A stretch of DNA of 64,000 nucleotides, from positions 372,001-436,000 of the forward strand of contig JAIVFI010000018.1 in NCBI GenBank assembly GCA_025558095.1, given 5' to 3'. The notes beneath the pieces were generated by a model, which searched no databases, was not told the origin of the DNA, and saw nothing but the letters and a program-made list of their open reading frames with translations. Positions 35,612-48,069 of the stretch are shown piece after piece; the first letter of the stretch is position 1; every line of letters starts with the position of its first letter. The position numbers and the translations under genes are program-made. Source of the DNA: Hyaloraphidium curvatum SAG 235-1. Its lineage: Eukaryota > Fungi > Monoblepharomycota.

Positions 35612-36714
35612 ATGTCTCTCACGGGCCTCTTGGCGGCCTACGGGTCCGAGGATGAGGATGAGCGCTCGTCGGACGACGACAGCGGGCGCGCTGAGGGTCG
35701 TTCCGGAGCCGCGTCGGCCGCCGCCAAGCGTGCTGCAGACGGGACCGGCCCGCACGCACCGGAGAAGAAGAGGCAGCGTGTCAAAATTGAGCTGGCGCCG
35801 AAGCCATCGACCAGCGACGATGAAGGCGGCCCGACGTCTAACCAGCGGATCGGGAAGGCGACCAGTATCTTCTCTGCCCTCCCGGCACCGACGAAATCGT
35901 CGGCAGCCCCGCCGTTGGCCCTGGCGGAGACCACGCTCGGCGCGAGGAAGGAATCTGACCCGCAGGACTCGGATCTCCGAATGCCACGGGTCGTCGCGGC
36001 TCCCCGGACTGTCAAAGCTTCCGCAAATCGGACGCCCACGGCGTCCAATGCTTCCAAAGCTCCAGGCTTCTTCGGATCGCTCGGGGCGTCCGAAGACGTG
36101 GTTGCGGACGTGGACTTTGGGCCGGCGAGGCCACCTGCTGGGGGCTATTTCAGTTTCGGGGGAGACGAGCCGGAGGAACGGGCCGGACACGAAGAGGAGG
36201 CTGGCGCTGGGGATACCGGGGTGCCCGCAGCCTCGTCCACGGAGGCTTCATCTCAGGGAGACGTCTACACGGGGTACGATTACTCGTACGAGCAGTATGC
36301 GCAGCTGTACGGCCAGGAGGAGTACGGCATGCCGACGGAGCCGGGTGACGAGTTTGACGAGGAGCAGTTGCGCCGCATCCACGGCAGAAACATCAGTTCG
36401 GCGCAGTTCAAGGAAGTGCGGCAGTCGGAGCAAACGCGCAAGACCATATGGGAAGCCGAGCTGGCAAAGGAAATGGCGAATGCTGCTCGCCCGCTGGCCA
36501 ACCCCTTTGGAGTGAGCGCCAGACGATTCGTTCCCACAACGCCAAGCTGACGTCCCTTCCTCGTCAGCACACGGAATCGAACTCCAAGTACAAGAAGCGC
36601 AACGGCATCTTGACCCTGGCGCACGACGCGAGGGTGCGCGAGATGGAGCTGAAGGAGCAGTACGCAGCTCGGCGGATGGCGAAGAAAGCGGCCGGGGCGC
36701 AGTACGGATTCTAG
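35612..36714 (+). CDS. PRCC: PRCC-family protein
   Basis: N-terminal L..AYGSEDE and C-terminal KRNGILTLAHDA..ELKEQYA....KKAAGAQYGF. Confidence 0.85.
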
Positions 36715-36722
36715 TGCCTGTT

Positions 36723-37637
36723 TCATACTTTGTCGAGAGGCCGATTGAATCCACCCTGTGTCGAGATGTCAGCGCATGAGGTCCCCGTCAACCGCGCCAG
36801 GGCGCACCTTGCGGTTCATGTACTGCCGATATGTGCGTTGCTGCTTGACGTCCGCCGCCGAAACGTCCGTGCCCACAACATGTTTCCCCTGGAGCATCCG
36901 GTCAGGATCTTCCGCAACGGTTGGCGGTGACGACCGACCTTGGTGCTATCGAACCCGCCGAAGCCCATTAGCACCATCATCTTCTCCTCCTCGCTCATGT
37001 CCTTGGTCATCTCTTCCAGCTTCTTGCTGTCTTGCGCCCCGTTTGGCGGCTTCGTTTCCTTCTCATCCTTGGCTCTGCGGGGCGCCGCAGGTTGGGAGGG
37101 AACACAGCAGGCACGTCGTCTGCATCCTTACCGTCTAGGCGCATTTGGAGACGGTCTCCGGTCCCCGTCACGCCGATCTCTTCCGTCTCGCGGGGGATAC
37201 GGGTCGTTGCTGCGCCGCCAGTCGTACTGCGGTCGAGGTTGTCCTCTCTCGTTATAGGGACCGTCACCCGGACCGTAGTACTCGTCCGGATACCCACGGC
37301 GGTAGTCTGCGGGGCGGCAACGATGAGCCCCAGCCGAACTCGACGTGCAGGCCGCGCTGCACGTGCCGTGGTCGGGGGGGGCGTAACGGCGGCCGGGATC
37401 GCGCCGACCGTCTCCGGGTCTGTACCGCCCGGGGCTATACTCGCGATAACGCGGTCCGCGAGAGTCGCCGCGCGGGCTGCGGCGCCTCGGGCTGCGCGAA
37501 CGCCTCGGGCTGCGGGACCGCCTCGGACTCCGAGACCGCGACCGCTTGCGGCCATCGTCCCTGTCCCGGCCACGGCCGGGCGACCGCGATCGCGATTTCC
37601 TCCTGCCGGGGCTCGCAGACCCGCGTTCTTTCTCCAT
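36723..37637 (-). CDS. SNRNP27: U4/U6.U5 tri-snRNP 27K protein
   Basis: RS-rich N-terminus, MMVLMGFGGFDSTK|GKHV, RTYRQYMNRK|GGFNRPLD. Confidence 0.92.
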
Positions 37638-38194
37638 TTTTCGACCGGAGGTGGGCGGGGTCGCGACTTCGGTGCGCGGCTCCGCGGGCGCCGCTGATCG
37701 AGTCGTCGTGTGCCGCGGATTGTCCGTGTGCGCCAACCCAGATCCCGCACGCTCCACGCACGCAATCTCCGGCTTCCGGGGGCGCAGCGCCGCCAGACAG
37801 CGTCAGCGTCGCCCGATAACACCGCACCGGGCCCTGCCTGCGGCTTCGGCGGCATCCCGCGCACCGCCGCACCCTCGGCACGCGCACCTGTCAACCGCGA
37901 GCCTGCAGCGGCCGCTGCTCGCACGCCCCGGGCGGCAGGCATTCGCACCTCAGTGCACGCAGAAAGCAGGCGCCGTCTTCACCGTGGCCGCTGCCGTCTC
38001 TCGGTAGCATCCAAACTTCGCGGGATTCTGGGGGTGAGTCCCCCTCCGAATTGCGTCGCCGCAGACCCCGAGGGCTCCACTCACCGCCAACGCCTCCCTG
38101 CAGGCAACACTTGCTCCCCGGTGGAATCTCGCCCGGACCCACGCACGCCGTCGTCGCCGTACGCGTGCAGCACTCGACGACTTCACCTGTCACC

Positions 38195-39953
38195 ATGGAT
38201 GACGGCCACGAGGTCCCCGAGCTGCCCGCCAGCTTGAGGCTCACCATGGCATTTTCGGAGCATTGGGCCGCGCAGGACCCCAACACGGGGATGGCGGTCG
38301 CTCATGGACTTCATCACGATGCCCACGGGACGACCATGGACGATGCGACCCCGCCCGACACGCTATCCGCCCCGACGCCGGAGCTCGCTGCAGGCCGGGA
38401 GGAGGACGAGGACATGTTCGACGCACCATACTCCCAGGCAGGGACGACGCTGCATGGTTTCGAAGGTGGCGACCTCTATGCACCTGGCGGCAGCCAGGGC
38501 GGATCCTCCAAGAACCGCCATCGTTCGCGGTCCCGATCCGTGCGATACGCACCCTACGCAGAAGAGCCCGCATCGGCACCGGCCCACACCGCGAACCCCA
38601 AAGCTTCCAAGTCCGTCGGCCGCCCGTCGCTGTCGTACGCCGAGCTCATTACCGACGCCATCTGCGAGTCCGAAACAGGGTAAGGGCATCTGTCGGAAGG
38701 AACGCTCCAAGCTGACGCTCCCTGTCCAGGTGGCTGTCGCTGCAGGAAATCTACGAGGCAATCAAGGCCAAGTACAGCTATTTCAAGACTGCGGATCCGG
38801 CCTGGCAGGTTCGTGCGACGGAGTGGATGTTGCGCAGGAATTTCAGCTGAGGCGCCCCGGACAGAACTCCATCCGCCACAATCTATCCGTGAATGCCACG
38901 TTCACCAAGGTCCCGAGGCCCGCGGAGCGTCCAGGTGAGCCTCGTCAAGCTGTTGTTCTCGCGCGAGTCCGACTGTTCCTTTCAGGCAAGGGAAGCCTCT
39001 GGACCACCACGAAGTACCCCCACGGACATGAAAGCGGGAGCCTCATAGAGCAAGCTATGGAAGACGCGTCGTGGGTGGAGGAGCAGAGGAGCAAGAAGAA
39101 CCGTCGCCAGCGCAAGTCCTCCGCGGGAGAAGGCCGTTCGAGGCACCCCAGGCATTCGGAGGAGCCCAAGCAGACTCGGCCCACGTATGCGGTGCAGACG
39201 GAACCTTCCAGCCCGTCGCGAAGCGGGGAAGACTCGACATGTTCGACGGCGGCAGGGGCCGGCAGCCGCTCCATGTCGCCCAATGCGCACGGTACCACGG
39301 CATCCCCAAAGGCACAGGCCAGGGACGCTGGCGAAACGGGATACGACATCGTGGCCGAGGGGGCCGTGCAACCGATCCCCGATGTCGAAAAGGTCCAGAA
39401 TGGCCGGAAAACCATGCAGCTTCTCGCGGAGTCGGCGTTCGCGGCGCCGAACCTTCGGCACATCTTGCAGTTCCCATCCCTGCCTTCGGACAAAGCATTC
39501 GCTTCGTCGACTGCCACGATCTGCATTGAGACCGAGGAGGCTGGAGACCAAGCTGATCCCGACCTCGCCGGGTACCTGCGGCAGAACGAAGCTCACGACG
39601 ACGGCAGCACCCGCGACGCTGGCAAAGGCAAGGACAGCTCGACTCTCCTCGCGCCGCACCAGGGAAAGCATCCAAGGAGCAGTCCTTGGTCCATGCTTGC
39701 GGTTCCCTCGGTTGGCCCGGATGGCAAACCCATCGATTTCGGCAAGGAACTATTTGGACGCTCGCGCCACGGAAGCCCGCTGCCTTTCCTGTACTCGCTC
39801 TCTAGGGCAACGAGCCCCTCGTCCTTTATGCTGGGAAGCTGGTACGGGGGCCGGGAAGCAAACGCCACGACGCTCAATCTCCCGATGGTTGGCGAGGACG
39901 CTCCGAAGCCGACCTCTCGTCTGGCCACAACAAGCGTGACGGCCGAAGATTGA
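38195..39953 (+). CDS. Forkhead-box transcription factor
   Basis: Spliced RPSLSYAELITDAI..LSLQEIYEAIKAKYSYF..WQNSIRHNLSVNATFTKVPR..GKGSLW. Confidence 0.9.
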
Positions 39954-40010
39954 AGGCACATTTTCCGTTAACGAGCATTGAGATTCGACCGAGTTTACAC
40001 GTTGAACCGT

Positions 40011-40658
40011 TCAGCTGGCGATGGTCTGCGGGAGTTGATTAGTTTCATTCACCGCTGGTAGAGAGGCAGTGTTACGTACAACTATAATGGCAGGAGAACG
40101 GTCGAACCAAGCCGAGGAAGCGCGAAGATGAAGCAGGCGGTTGCGAGAACGGGCGATGAGAAACAGCAGTCCACGCGAGCGCGCCTCTCCCACCTTCCAC
40201 CTCGACACCGGGCTCGATGCTGATGGAAGTCTGCCCGCGGACATTACGGTGAGCTCAGGCAGCAGTCCACGGCCCAGAACATGCCCACGATCTGCTTCAC
40301 GATCTCCGAGGGGCTGTGGAGGTCGATGAGCCGCTTGTGTATCTTCATCTCGAACGTGTCCCAGGTCTTGGAGCCCTCTCCGCAAGGAGTCTTCCTGGTC
40401 GTGATCTTGAGGGTCTTGGTGGGCATGCGGACCGGGCCCTTGACCTTCAAGGTCTTCTCCTTGGCACGCTCCACGAGGTCGCTGCAGACTGCCCGGCTCC
40501 CTCAGCTCCCCGGCAGGCCGCGGTGCCCGGCCCCGCCCACCCTTCTCCAGGTTCTGCACGTTCCTGCTGGTCAGCGTGATTCGGATGCGGTGGATCTTCT
40601 GCTCGGGCCCATCCTCGTAGCCGGGCTTGCCCTTGGTGTTGGGAGCGACGTAGGCCAT
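40011..40658 (-). CDS. RPS20: 40S ribosomal protein S20 (uS10)
   Basis: [64 protein letters not shown]. Confidence 0.97.
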   Translation of the reverse strand: MAYVAPNTKGKPGYEDGPEQKIHRIRITLTSRNVQNLEKGGRGRAPRPAGELREPGSLQRPRGACQGEDLEGQGPGPHAHQDPQDHDQEDSLRRGLQDLGHVRDEDTQAAHRPPQPLGDREADRGHVLGRGLLPELTVMSAGRLPSASSPVSRWKVGEARSRGLLFLIARSRNRLLHLRASSAWFDRSPAIIVVRNTASLPAVNETNQLPQTIAS

Positions 40659-40861
40659 CCTGTCGCGCGCAGCGGGCGACCGCGGGGGGCCGACTCCCGT
40701 CAGCACGCGGGCGATGACTTCGCGGCCGGAACCTCACGTTGCAGCTCTGGTCAGCAACGGTGGACTGGCCCAGCGGTGACTCCCGAGATGGTTGATCGGA
40801 GAAACAAACGGCCTTAGCGCCAAGGTTGTCGCGGCCGCCAAACCCCTTGGTCGGCACCGAA

Positions 40862-41356
40862 ATGAACATCCTGTCTGGCCTCCATCGCGCCGCGTCTGGC
40901 CTGCTCGTTGCGGCGCAGACGCGATGCACCGCCGGCGTGCGGGGATTGGGTCCGCTGGCGGGGCTCCAAGCCGCCCCGCCGCAGGTCGCGTCGCGTTTCG
41001 CCTCGTCGAAGCGCTCGGAGGACACCGTGCTGGGCATGGCGCAGACGACCGGACGAATCGTGGACGTTGAAGGCTCGTACCCCCATGCGGTGTCGCGCCT
41101 GAACCGGGTTGTCGCGGGGAACAAGATACGGGACATCCACCGGCGGAACCGGGAGTACGAGAAGCCGCACGACAAGCGGCGGCGGAAGCTGGCGGAGAAG
41201 GAGCACCGCTACTTCCTGAGGGTGATGCGGGAACGGGTTCGTTTGGCCTACAACCTCAAGAGGAGGTGGGTGAAGCCGACCACGCCGTGCGTGCAGCCCA
41301 GTCTGACGCGATCGTCCAGGGTGGAGGCCGCACGGCGCAACTACGTGGAGATTTAG
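40862..41356 (+). CDS. MRP21: Mitochondrial ribosomal protein S21 (bS21m)
   Basis: Presequence followed by LNRVVAGNKIR..REYEKPHDKRRRK. Confidence 0.8.
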   Translation: MNILSGLHRAASGLLVAAQTRCTAGVRGLGPLAGLQAAPPQVASRFASSKRSEDTVLGMAQTTGRIVDVEGSYPHAVSRLNRVVAGNKIRDIHRRNREYEKPHDKRRRKLAEKEHRYFLRVMRERVRLAYNLKRRWVKPTTPCVQPSLTRSSRVEAARRNYVEI

Positions 41357-41515
41357 TTGGCCTCCTTGCGGCCCTGGGAATACACATCGATAGGGCGAAC
41401 CATCTGACCGACCATGCAGCAGAGCTTCCGACGCCTATTACACCCGGTTCCTCCCTCGTTCAGCCCCGTCCAGCGAACCCTCCCAAACGGCGGGTTTCCA
41501 AATCGGCCTCCATCC

Positions 41516-42716
41516 TCAGGCTTCGACAGCCGATACCTCCGCCGGCTTCCAGGCGGGATCGAACCGCACGACGATGGCAGAAAGGTTGTCAGTGCTGTGA
41601 TTGTCCAGGGAGTACTGCAGAAGACGTTCCGAGGCTTTTTGGACGTCCTGCACTTCCTTGACGAGTTCCACGGCCTCCGAATCCGTGCACACGTCCCAAA
41701 CCTGGAAGGCAGCCAAAGTCACACGATGAGAGCGCGAGCGGGACGACCGTAGCTTACGCCATCGCAGGCCAATATGAGGAACTCGTCCTTTTCCGTCAAG
41801 ACGGTTTGCGTTGTGTAAGGGTTCCCAATGATCAGGTCCTTCATCGACGTGTCGCCCAGAGACCGCGTAACCGCGAGGATACCTGCGAGCCGGTCAACTC
41901 AGCTCCCGCGAGAACGCCGGAGACCGTACCATTTACGCGATTGTTGACCACGAAGCCGCCCGCGTCCGCGATGCGCTGCTGCTCCGCCGGGTCCGAGCCC
42001 TTGTGGTCGTACGAGAGACGAACGGCCCGCCCATCGCGACACAGCACGGCCCTAGCGTCCCCAACGTTCGCCGTATACAAGATTCTCTGCTGAGGTACGG
42101 CCGCACGAGGGTGGTTGTGTGCCGTTTGAGACAACGCCCCACGTCCGGTCGCACGTGGCACGAACCATCCGTCGTGGCCGCTCTTCCCCGGCAACTGCGC
42201 CGCCTTCACTTGCGGCCAAAGTGGTGCCTTCCTCGCTGCTCTCCATCCGTATGTAGGCGACGATGGCCGTGCAGCCCGAGTGGAGGCCCTTTCGGTCCGC
42301 CAGCTGCTCGTCCGTCTGGACAAACGTGCGGTCCAAAAGCTCCGGGACGTCGGCATCCGGGTTCTCCCGCACGAGCCTCTCCAAAGTCTGGACCGGCAGA
42401 GTTGGCACGACGCGGCTTGCAGGCGCTATCCCACCCACCGCGTGGACGTTGCTCCCACACCAGTCGGCCGCCGCCTTCCCCGCGTGGCCATCGTAGACAG
42501 CAAAGAAACCCTGGCCGCTGACCCCGCCGTACGAATGAAGGAAGGCGTGCGAATCCTGCGGCCCGGGTGAGACGGGGCCGCGAGGGATCGGGCGCCCTCG
42601 CGCACCTCCATCGTCTTCCGACATCGTTTGTTCCGGTCCTCCGAGAAACCGATCACGAAACCATCGCGTGCCGCGTAGGCGGCCGCCTCCTCGGGAGTGG
42701 CCTGCGAAGGGTCCAT
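41516..42716 (-). CDS. PTC1: Protein phosphatase 2C (Ptc1-like)
   Basis: [66 protein letters not shown]. Confidence 0.93.
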
Positions 42717-42904
42717 TCTGGGCTGTTGGTCTGAGCACCGCTTGATTGAGACTCGCTCGGCCGTGCGGGCGCGCACCGCAGTTCGGCGCCCAACCGTCGG
42801 CTCACGCGGCGGAATCCCCCGGCACACGCCCCGCGAGCCATCTTTGGCTGCGCAGAACCTGTCTGAGCAGCTGGCTCGCCTGTAGCCCCGGCGCTGGCCC
42901 AGAA

Positions 42905-44136
42905 ATGGCGGGAAATCACGTCAAGGACAACTACGAGAAGATTGAGAAGATAGGCGAGGGGACCTACGGCGTGGTCTACAAGGCCAGGGACAAGAAAAGC
43001 GGCGACATCGTCGGTGCGTGCCTTGCCCGGGTGCCGCCAGGGCCCGTGGGAGTGCGAATGCAATTCGAACCGTCGGGCAGCCCTCAAGAAGATTCGGCTC
43101 GAAACGGAGGACGAGGGCGTTCCCTCCACGGCCGTTCGGGAGATTTCGGTCCTCAAGGAACTCAAGCACCCGAACATCGTGAAGTCCGTGGACGTCTCGT
43201 CGCGTTCGGGGCGTACCTGACCTGTCCCCGCCTGCAGCCTCAGGGACATCGTCCACAACGACGCAAAGCTGTACCTCATATTCGAGTTCCTGGACCTCGA
43301 TCTCAAGAAGTACATGGACACCACTGCGCCGAGCGGCTTGCCTCCGAACCTCGTCAAGGTATCTGGTGGCGCGGACGACACCCGGAATGAACGTGACCCG
43401 GTCGCAGAGCTACCTTTACCAGCTTGTCCGAGGATTGGAGTACTGCCACGCTCGTCGGATCTTGCACAGGGACCTGAAGCCGCAGAACCTGCTCATCGAC
43501 CAGCAAGGGGCGTTGAAGCTTGCCGATTTCGGCCTCGCTCGGGCTTTCGGCATCCCCCTCCGGAGCTACACCCACGAGGTGGGTGACACGCTCTTCCCCT
43601 TTTGTGCGCGGGCCAATCGCGGTCGTGCTGCAGGTTGTCACCCTTTGGTACCGTGCGCCCGAGATCCTGCTGGGTTCCAGGCATTACTCGACCGCGGTCG
43701 ACATTTGGAGTGTCGGCTGCATCTTTGCCGAGATGTGCAACCGATCGCCTCTCTTCCCCGGAGACTCCGAGATTGACGAGCTCTTCCGAATCTTCCGGTG
43801 AGCGTGGCTTGGGCACGCCTCTGGGCGACTTGTGAACGGCGTCCCGCAAAAGGGTGCTCGGAACGCCGAGGGAGGAGACGTGGCGCGGTGTCTCCCAGTT
43901 GCCGGACTACAAGGAGAGCTTCCCCATGTGGAACCCGCAGAACCTGGCGAACGTTGTCAGGAATCTCGACGAGGAAGGTCTGGATCTCTTGCAGGTGTGT
44001 AAGGTTCCTGCCTGCGCACTGCGATCTGATGTCGATGCCCGTCCAGAAAATGCTGGCGTACGATCCCGCGTTGCGAATCTCGGCCAAGAGGGCCCTCCGT
44101 CACGACTACTTCCGAGATGTGCCGATATCGCCGTAG
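42905..44136 (+). CDS. CDK1: Cyclin-dependent kinase 1/Cdc2 homolog
   Basis: [68 protein letters not shown]. Confidence 0.93.
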
Positions 44137-44226
44137 CCAAATCAGGAGCAGATGACACGATACCCATGATCCACGCGTCTGAATGCATGCGCCTCTTTCC
44201 CTATGTACAGTACTGCTGCTGTAAGA

Positions 44227-45138
44227 CTATCGATCTCGTGCCGCGAAATCCGCCAGGGTGATGATCGCGCCCGCTTTCCGTCTCGCCTTTGCCGTCCTGC
44301 GATCCTTCGTGTCCGCACGCTCGCCCTTTGCCTTCCTCTGCCCCTCAATAACCACGGAAGCTACGCGGGTGCGTGAGCTGCAACACAATGCACGCCGACA
44401 AGACCCACATCTGCCCCTTTGTCGCGCGGCCGGCGGGACAAAGAGAGATCTGCAACGAGTCGCGGCATTTTCCGTCTCCCTGCGCATTGCGTCAGCCCGG
44501 CGCCGCAGGTTCCTTTTCAGTCATCCGCACCTAGGCGAGTACCCTGCCAACGGTGCGAGGCGCAACAGATCCGCATAGCGCACCCTGGCCTTGGCGCTCG
44601 ACGATCTAGGTCCGATAATTGCTGCGTTGGATTCCGTCCAAGGCTCGGCATGAAAGGGCTCTCACTGCGAGTCCTGGTCATGCCCTGACGCTAGCACGAG
44701 GTCGGCTAATCGTTCCGCCCGCTCTCCTAGCATGCGCAAAAGACGATCTTCCACGGCAGCTTCGGCTGAAAGTCGTTGCTGTAGCGGCGAGCCTCCCATG
44801 ACCAGAGGCAAACAGGCCTCTTCGAAAACTGAGCAAACTTGTCCTGCGGCGTCCTGGCCTTCGGAACTGGTTTGTCGCCAAAGCCATCCCGCACTAGTGG
44901 CATGGGCTCCGTCAGAACTCAAACCCTTCGGCTCTTTCGCAGAGCATGCCTGGCGAGCGCCTCGAAGGGCAGCGGGACGGCACCCGCTCTGGGGGTACGG
45001 GTCAGTCCAACGTCAAGACCCCTGGTCGAGACCCAACCTCCGCAAGCGAGCATCGTTCTGCTCAGCCGTCTGCAAACACAGAAGCTGCGTATCCTCCGAA
45101 TAGTTCTGTACAATGGATCCCAGAAGGAGAGCTGCCAT
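44227..45138 (-). CDS. Possible hypothetical multi-exon gene (model unresolved)
   Basis: Minus-strand ORF pieces separated by intron-like GT..CTGAC..CAG segments fill an otherwise unexplained 1-kb gap. No recognisable motif. Confidence 0.3.
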
Positions 45139-45228
45139 TCCAGTGACCCGCGAACGCACGACGCGGTGATGAGACCTTTCAGACCCACCAATGATCAGAA
45201 AGGGCTGGTTTGGAATGCAGGCCTGGCC

Positions 45229-45932
45229 ATGGTGCCGCTGGGCGACTTTCTGGTTCGGTTAGGGCCATTCAGTTCCATCGGATCGGTCATCCAACTGATG
45301 CTACCAATCGCGGGTCGGCCAACGTGCAGCCCAGGGTGCGGCAGGGTATATGCTCGTGGGGGACAGCGCAGCATCGGTAGGTCCGGCCCGTCCACCGCAC
45401 GTCACCGTCACTCACTTACGGCTAGGTTTACGGGGGTTCGATGCTGCCTACTTTGAATGTGTCGTACGAGGCTGTCATCCTGGACACGTTGACCGCGAGG
45501 TGCGGCACCATCCGGCTGGGCGACGTGGTCGTATACCGATCGCCCACAAATCCTGCGGTATCAGTCTGCAAACGCATCGTGGGCCTGGTGGGAGCAGTGT
45601 CTGCGACGTCGACGACGGGTCGCTGACGATCCGCAGCCGGGAGACACCGTCTGCGCTGATCCGCTGTCCCGGCACCGCAACATGGTCACAGTGAGCTGCG
45701 TAGCGCGGCTCCGTGCACAGTGGCCCTGACATTCTTGCCAGGTCCCCGAGGGGCATTATTGGCTTCACGGCGACAACATGCCGGAATCCAGAGACTCGAG
45801 GGACTACGGACCGGTACCCGGCGGCCTAATATACGGAGTGGTTCGCTGCAAGGCATGTCTTTTTCACGGTCACGCTACACGCGAGTCACTGACGCGCGAC
45901 TCTGGAAGGTGTTGCCGCCCAAGCGGATCTAG
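45229..45932 (+). CDS. IMP1: Mitochondrial inner membrane peptidase subunit (S26)
   Basis: GGSMLPTLN (catalytic Ser), GDVVVYRSP, CKRIVGLPGD, WLHGDN..SRDSRDYGPVP. The 5' end is approximate. Confidence 0.85.
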
Positions 45933-47843
45933 GCTTGCTCCGCCTTTGCGGCGCCCTGCTCCGTCTCCTGGGAGCCCGATTAGCTCCCCGTGTGCGTCAA
46001 CACACGGCACTATACCCACTTCATCTGCGAGGAGGCCGAATGAATTGACCTTGGGCACCAACTCATCCACGTCGCCCTTGCTTTTTGTGGCAGCGGGCTC
46101 TGCCGTCTGAGAGGGCTCCGGAGTCCCGCTTTGCTTCTCGTTCCCGGCGTCCTTCGCCTTCTTTGACGTCTCCCAGTTTGACGAGCTGGTCGACCTGGTC
46201 CGCTCCGCGTCGGGCGTCTGCGCGGATCTCCACGATGTGGCGGCCTCGGACTTCGCAGGGACGTGCTGCTGCTCGCCGTGCTCTCCGTGCTCTCCGTGGC
46301 CCTTGTCCCCGGCAACCGATCGCTTTCCGTCCCTTGCTCCTTTGCGTGCCTCCTCGGCGGCGGCAGCCTCCGCCCGCTTGGCACGCTGCTCTTCAAGCCT
46401 CTGCTTGTCCTCGAGCTGCTTCTGCTTCAGCTTCTCTTCCACGCGCTTCTCCACGGAGGTAACGTCGACGGGCCTCGCACCGCCGAACGGGTCGGATTTC
46501 TTCTTCGGCGGTGCCGCCGCAGAAGGCGAGGGCTCGGCGCTCGAGGGCCCATCGCTCGAGCCACCTTCCGCGGCGGCCCCCGTACCCGATCGTGGCTTTA
46601 GATCCAGTTTCTTCCGCTCCTTGGGCAGTTCAGATTCTGAGGATGACGTGGGCTCTTTCAGGAGGGCAGCTTGGCGTGCATTCACAATGCTTACCCCCGC
46701 TTCCGTCCCTAGACAACGGCGGGCCATAACGAGAGACTGGAGAACGTGGCGAGTCCCGCAAGCTGTCGCGCGAGCCGAAACCGTAGCGATCTCCCTCGCG
46801 TCCAGATGGCTCCCTCCGCACGGGCGGGAGGTTTTGGGGGGCCGCGGAAGACCTCCAGTCGCCCGTGGTCCGATCTTCTCCGCCGAAGCCTCCGAAACCT
46901 CCGCGATCCCGTTCGCGAGCTATCGAACGCAAGAAGAATATCAGCAACTTGACGAACCGTTCGCTAGCCTGAACCCACGCTCCGCAACATCGATTCGCAC
47001 CGGGCGACCCTGGTAAGGAGTTCCGTCCCCTTCAAGAGCAGAAACGAGGTCTGCCTTCGTCTCAAACTCGACGTAACCGAATCCTTTGGACTGCCCTTCG
47101 TGGTCCTTGACGATTCGGACGCTCGTCAGCTGCGGCAAGTCCCCATCAGTCAAGGCAAACGACGTGGCTCCGTGGAACCTGCCTTCAACGGGTCAAAAAA
47201 GTCCGTGACGTCTCTTTCATTGGCGCTGAACGGAAGGTTTCCAACGTACGCCGTGAAGGGCGGGCGGTCCGGAAGAGATTTCGCGCCGCCCTCCGAAGGG
47301 AAGGGGCGGCGCTCGCGTTCAGGCGCCCTGTACTCTCGGTCGGCGGATCGAGCAGGCGGGTAGTCGCGCTCCGGCGGTGGGCCTTGACGGCACGGTCAGG
47401 CTGCGGGCCGGCGGGCTGGCCCTTCGCACCCACCACGACTACGCCACATGTCATCGGACCCGCCGGGGCCCGCCCTGTCCGAAACCGGGTACCTCGAGGG
47501 CGGTCGGTCCCTCTCCCCACCGTACCGATCTCCGTAGCCGCGTTCCTGAACTCCCAGGGGCCGCGATGCTTCGCGTCCCGGTGAACGACGTTGGCACGAC
47601 TGCCACGCGATCCAGGGCCGGCACGCATCCTACCGTCACCACGGGAGAAGCCAGAGTTTCCAGATGCTGCGCGACGACGCGTCAGAGACAGCAACCGGCA
47701 CGCATCGCGAGGGACAACGAACATCCGGTCGGCAGGTCCTCCACATCGTCCGCCCACGAAGCCCCGGAAGAAGGCTGGGCCGCGAGGAAGTCCGTGAGGG
47801 ACATCTTCTCGCCCTTGGTGGTCTTTTTCTTGCCCGACGCCAT
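45929..47843 (-). CDS. TIF3: Translation initiation factor eIF4B
   Basis: KMSLTDFL..SWADD, PPFTAYVGNLPF, KGFGYVEF, RIDVAE, RKKLDLKPRS, DPFGGARPVD. Confidence 0.92.
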
Positions 47844-48069
47844 CGCTGCGACGTGGAGCGGTTTGTGTTGTGTGGTTGGCGACGTTTCTTTCTCCGCAGG
47901 CGGCGGCGATCAACCCGTCAGTAGGAATCTCCCACACCTCACTATACCAAGTGACAAGCTGGACGGCAGATGGACGGCCACGCCATTTGGGAAAGTCACG
48001 AACGAAAAGTGAATTGCATGAACTGAACAACCGGAGAGTTTGGTGCTCTGCTTGGCCACATGATGTAAT

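Noticed and set aside
40082-40193. Long RPS20 intron as a possible snoRNA host
   Set aside because: No C/D boxes or convincing H/ACA layout seen.
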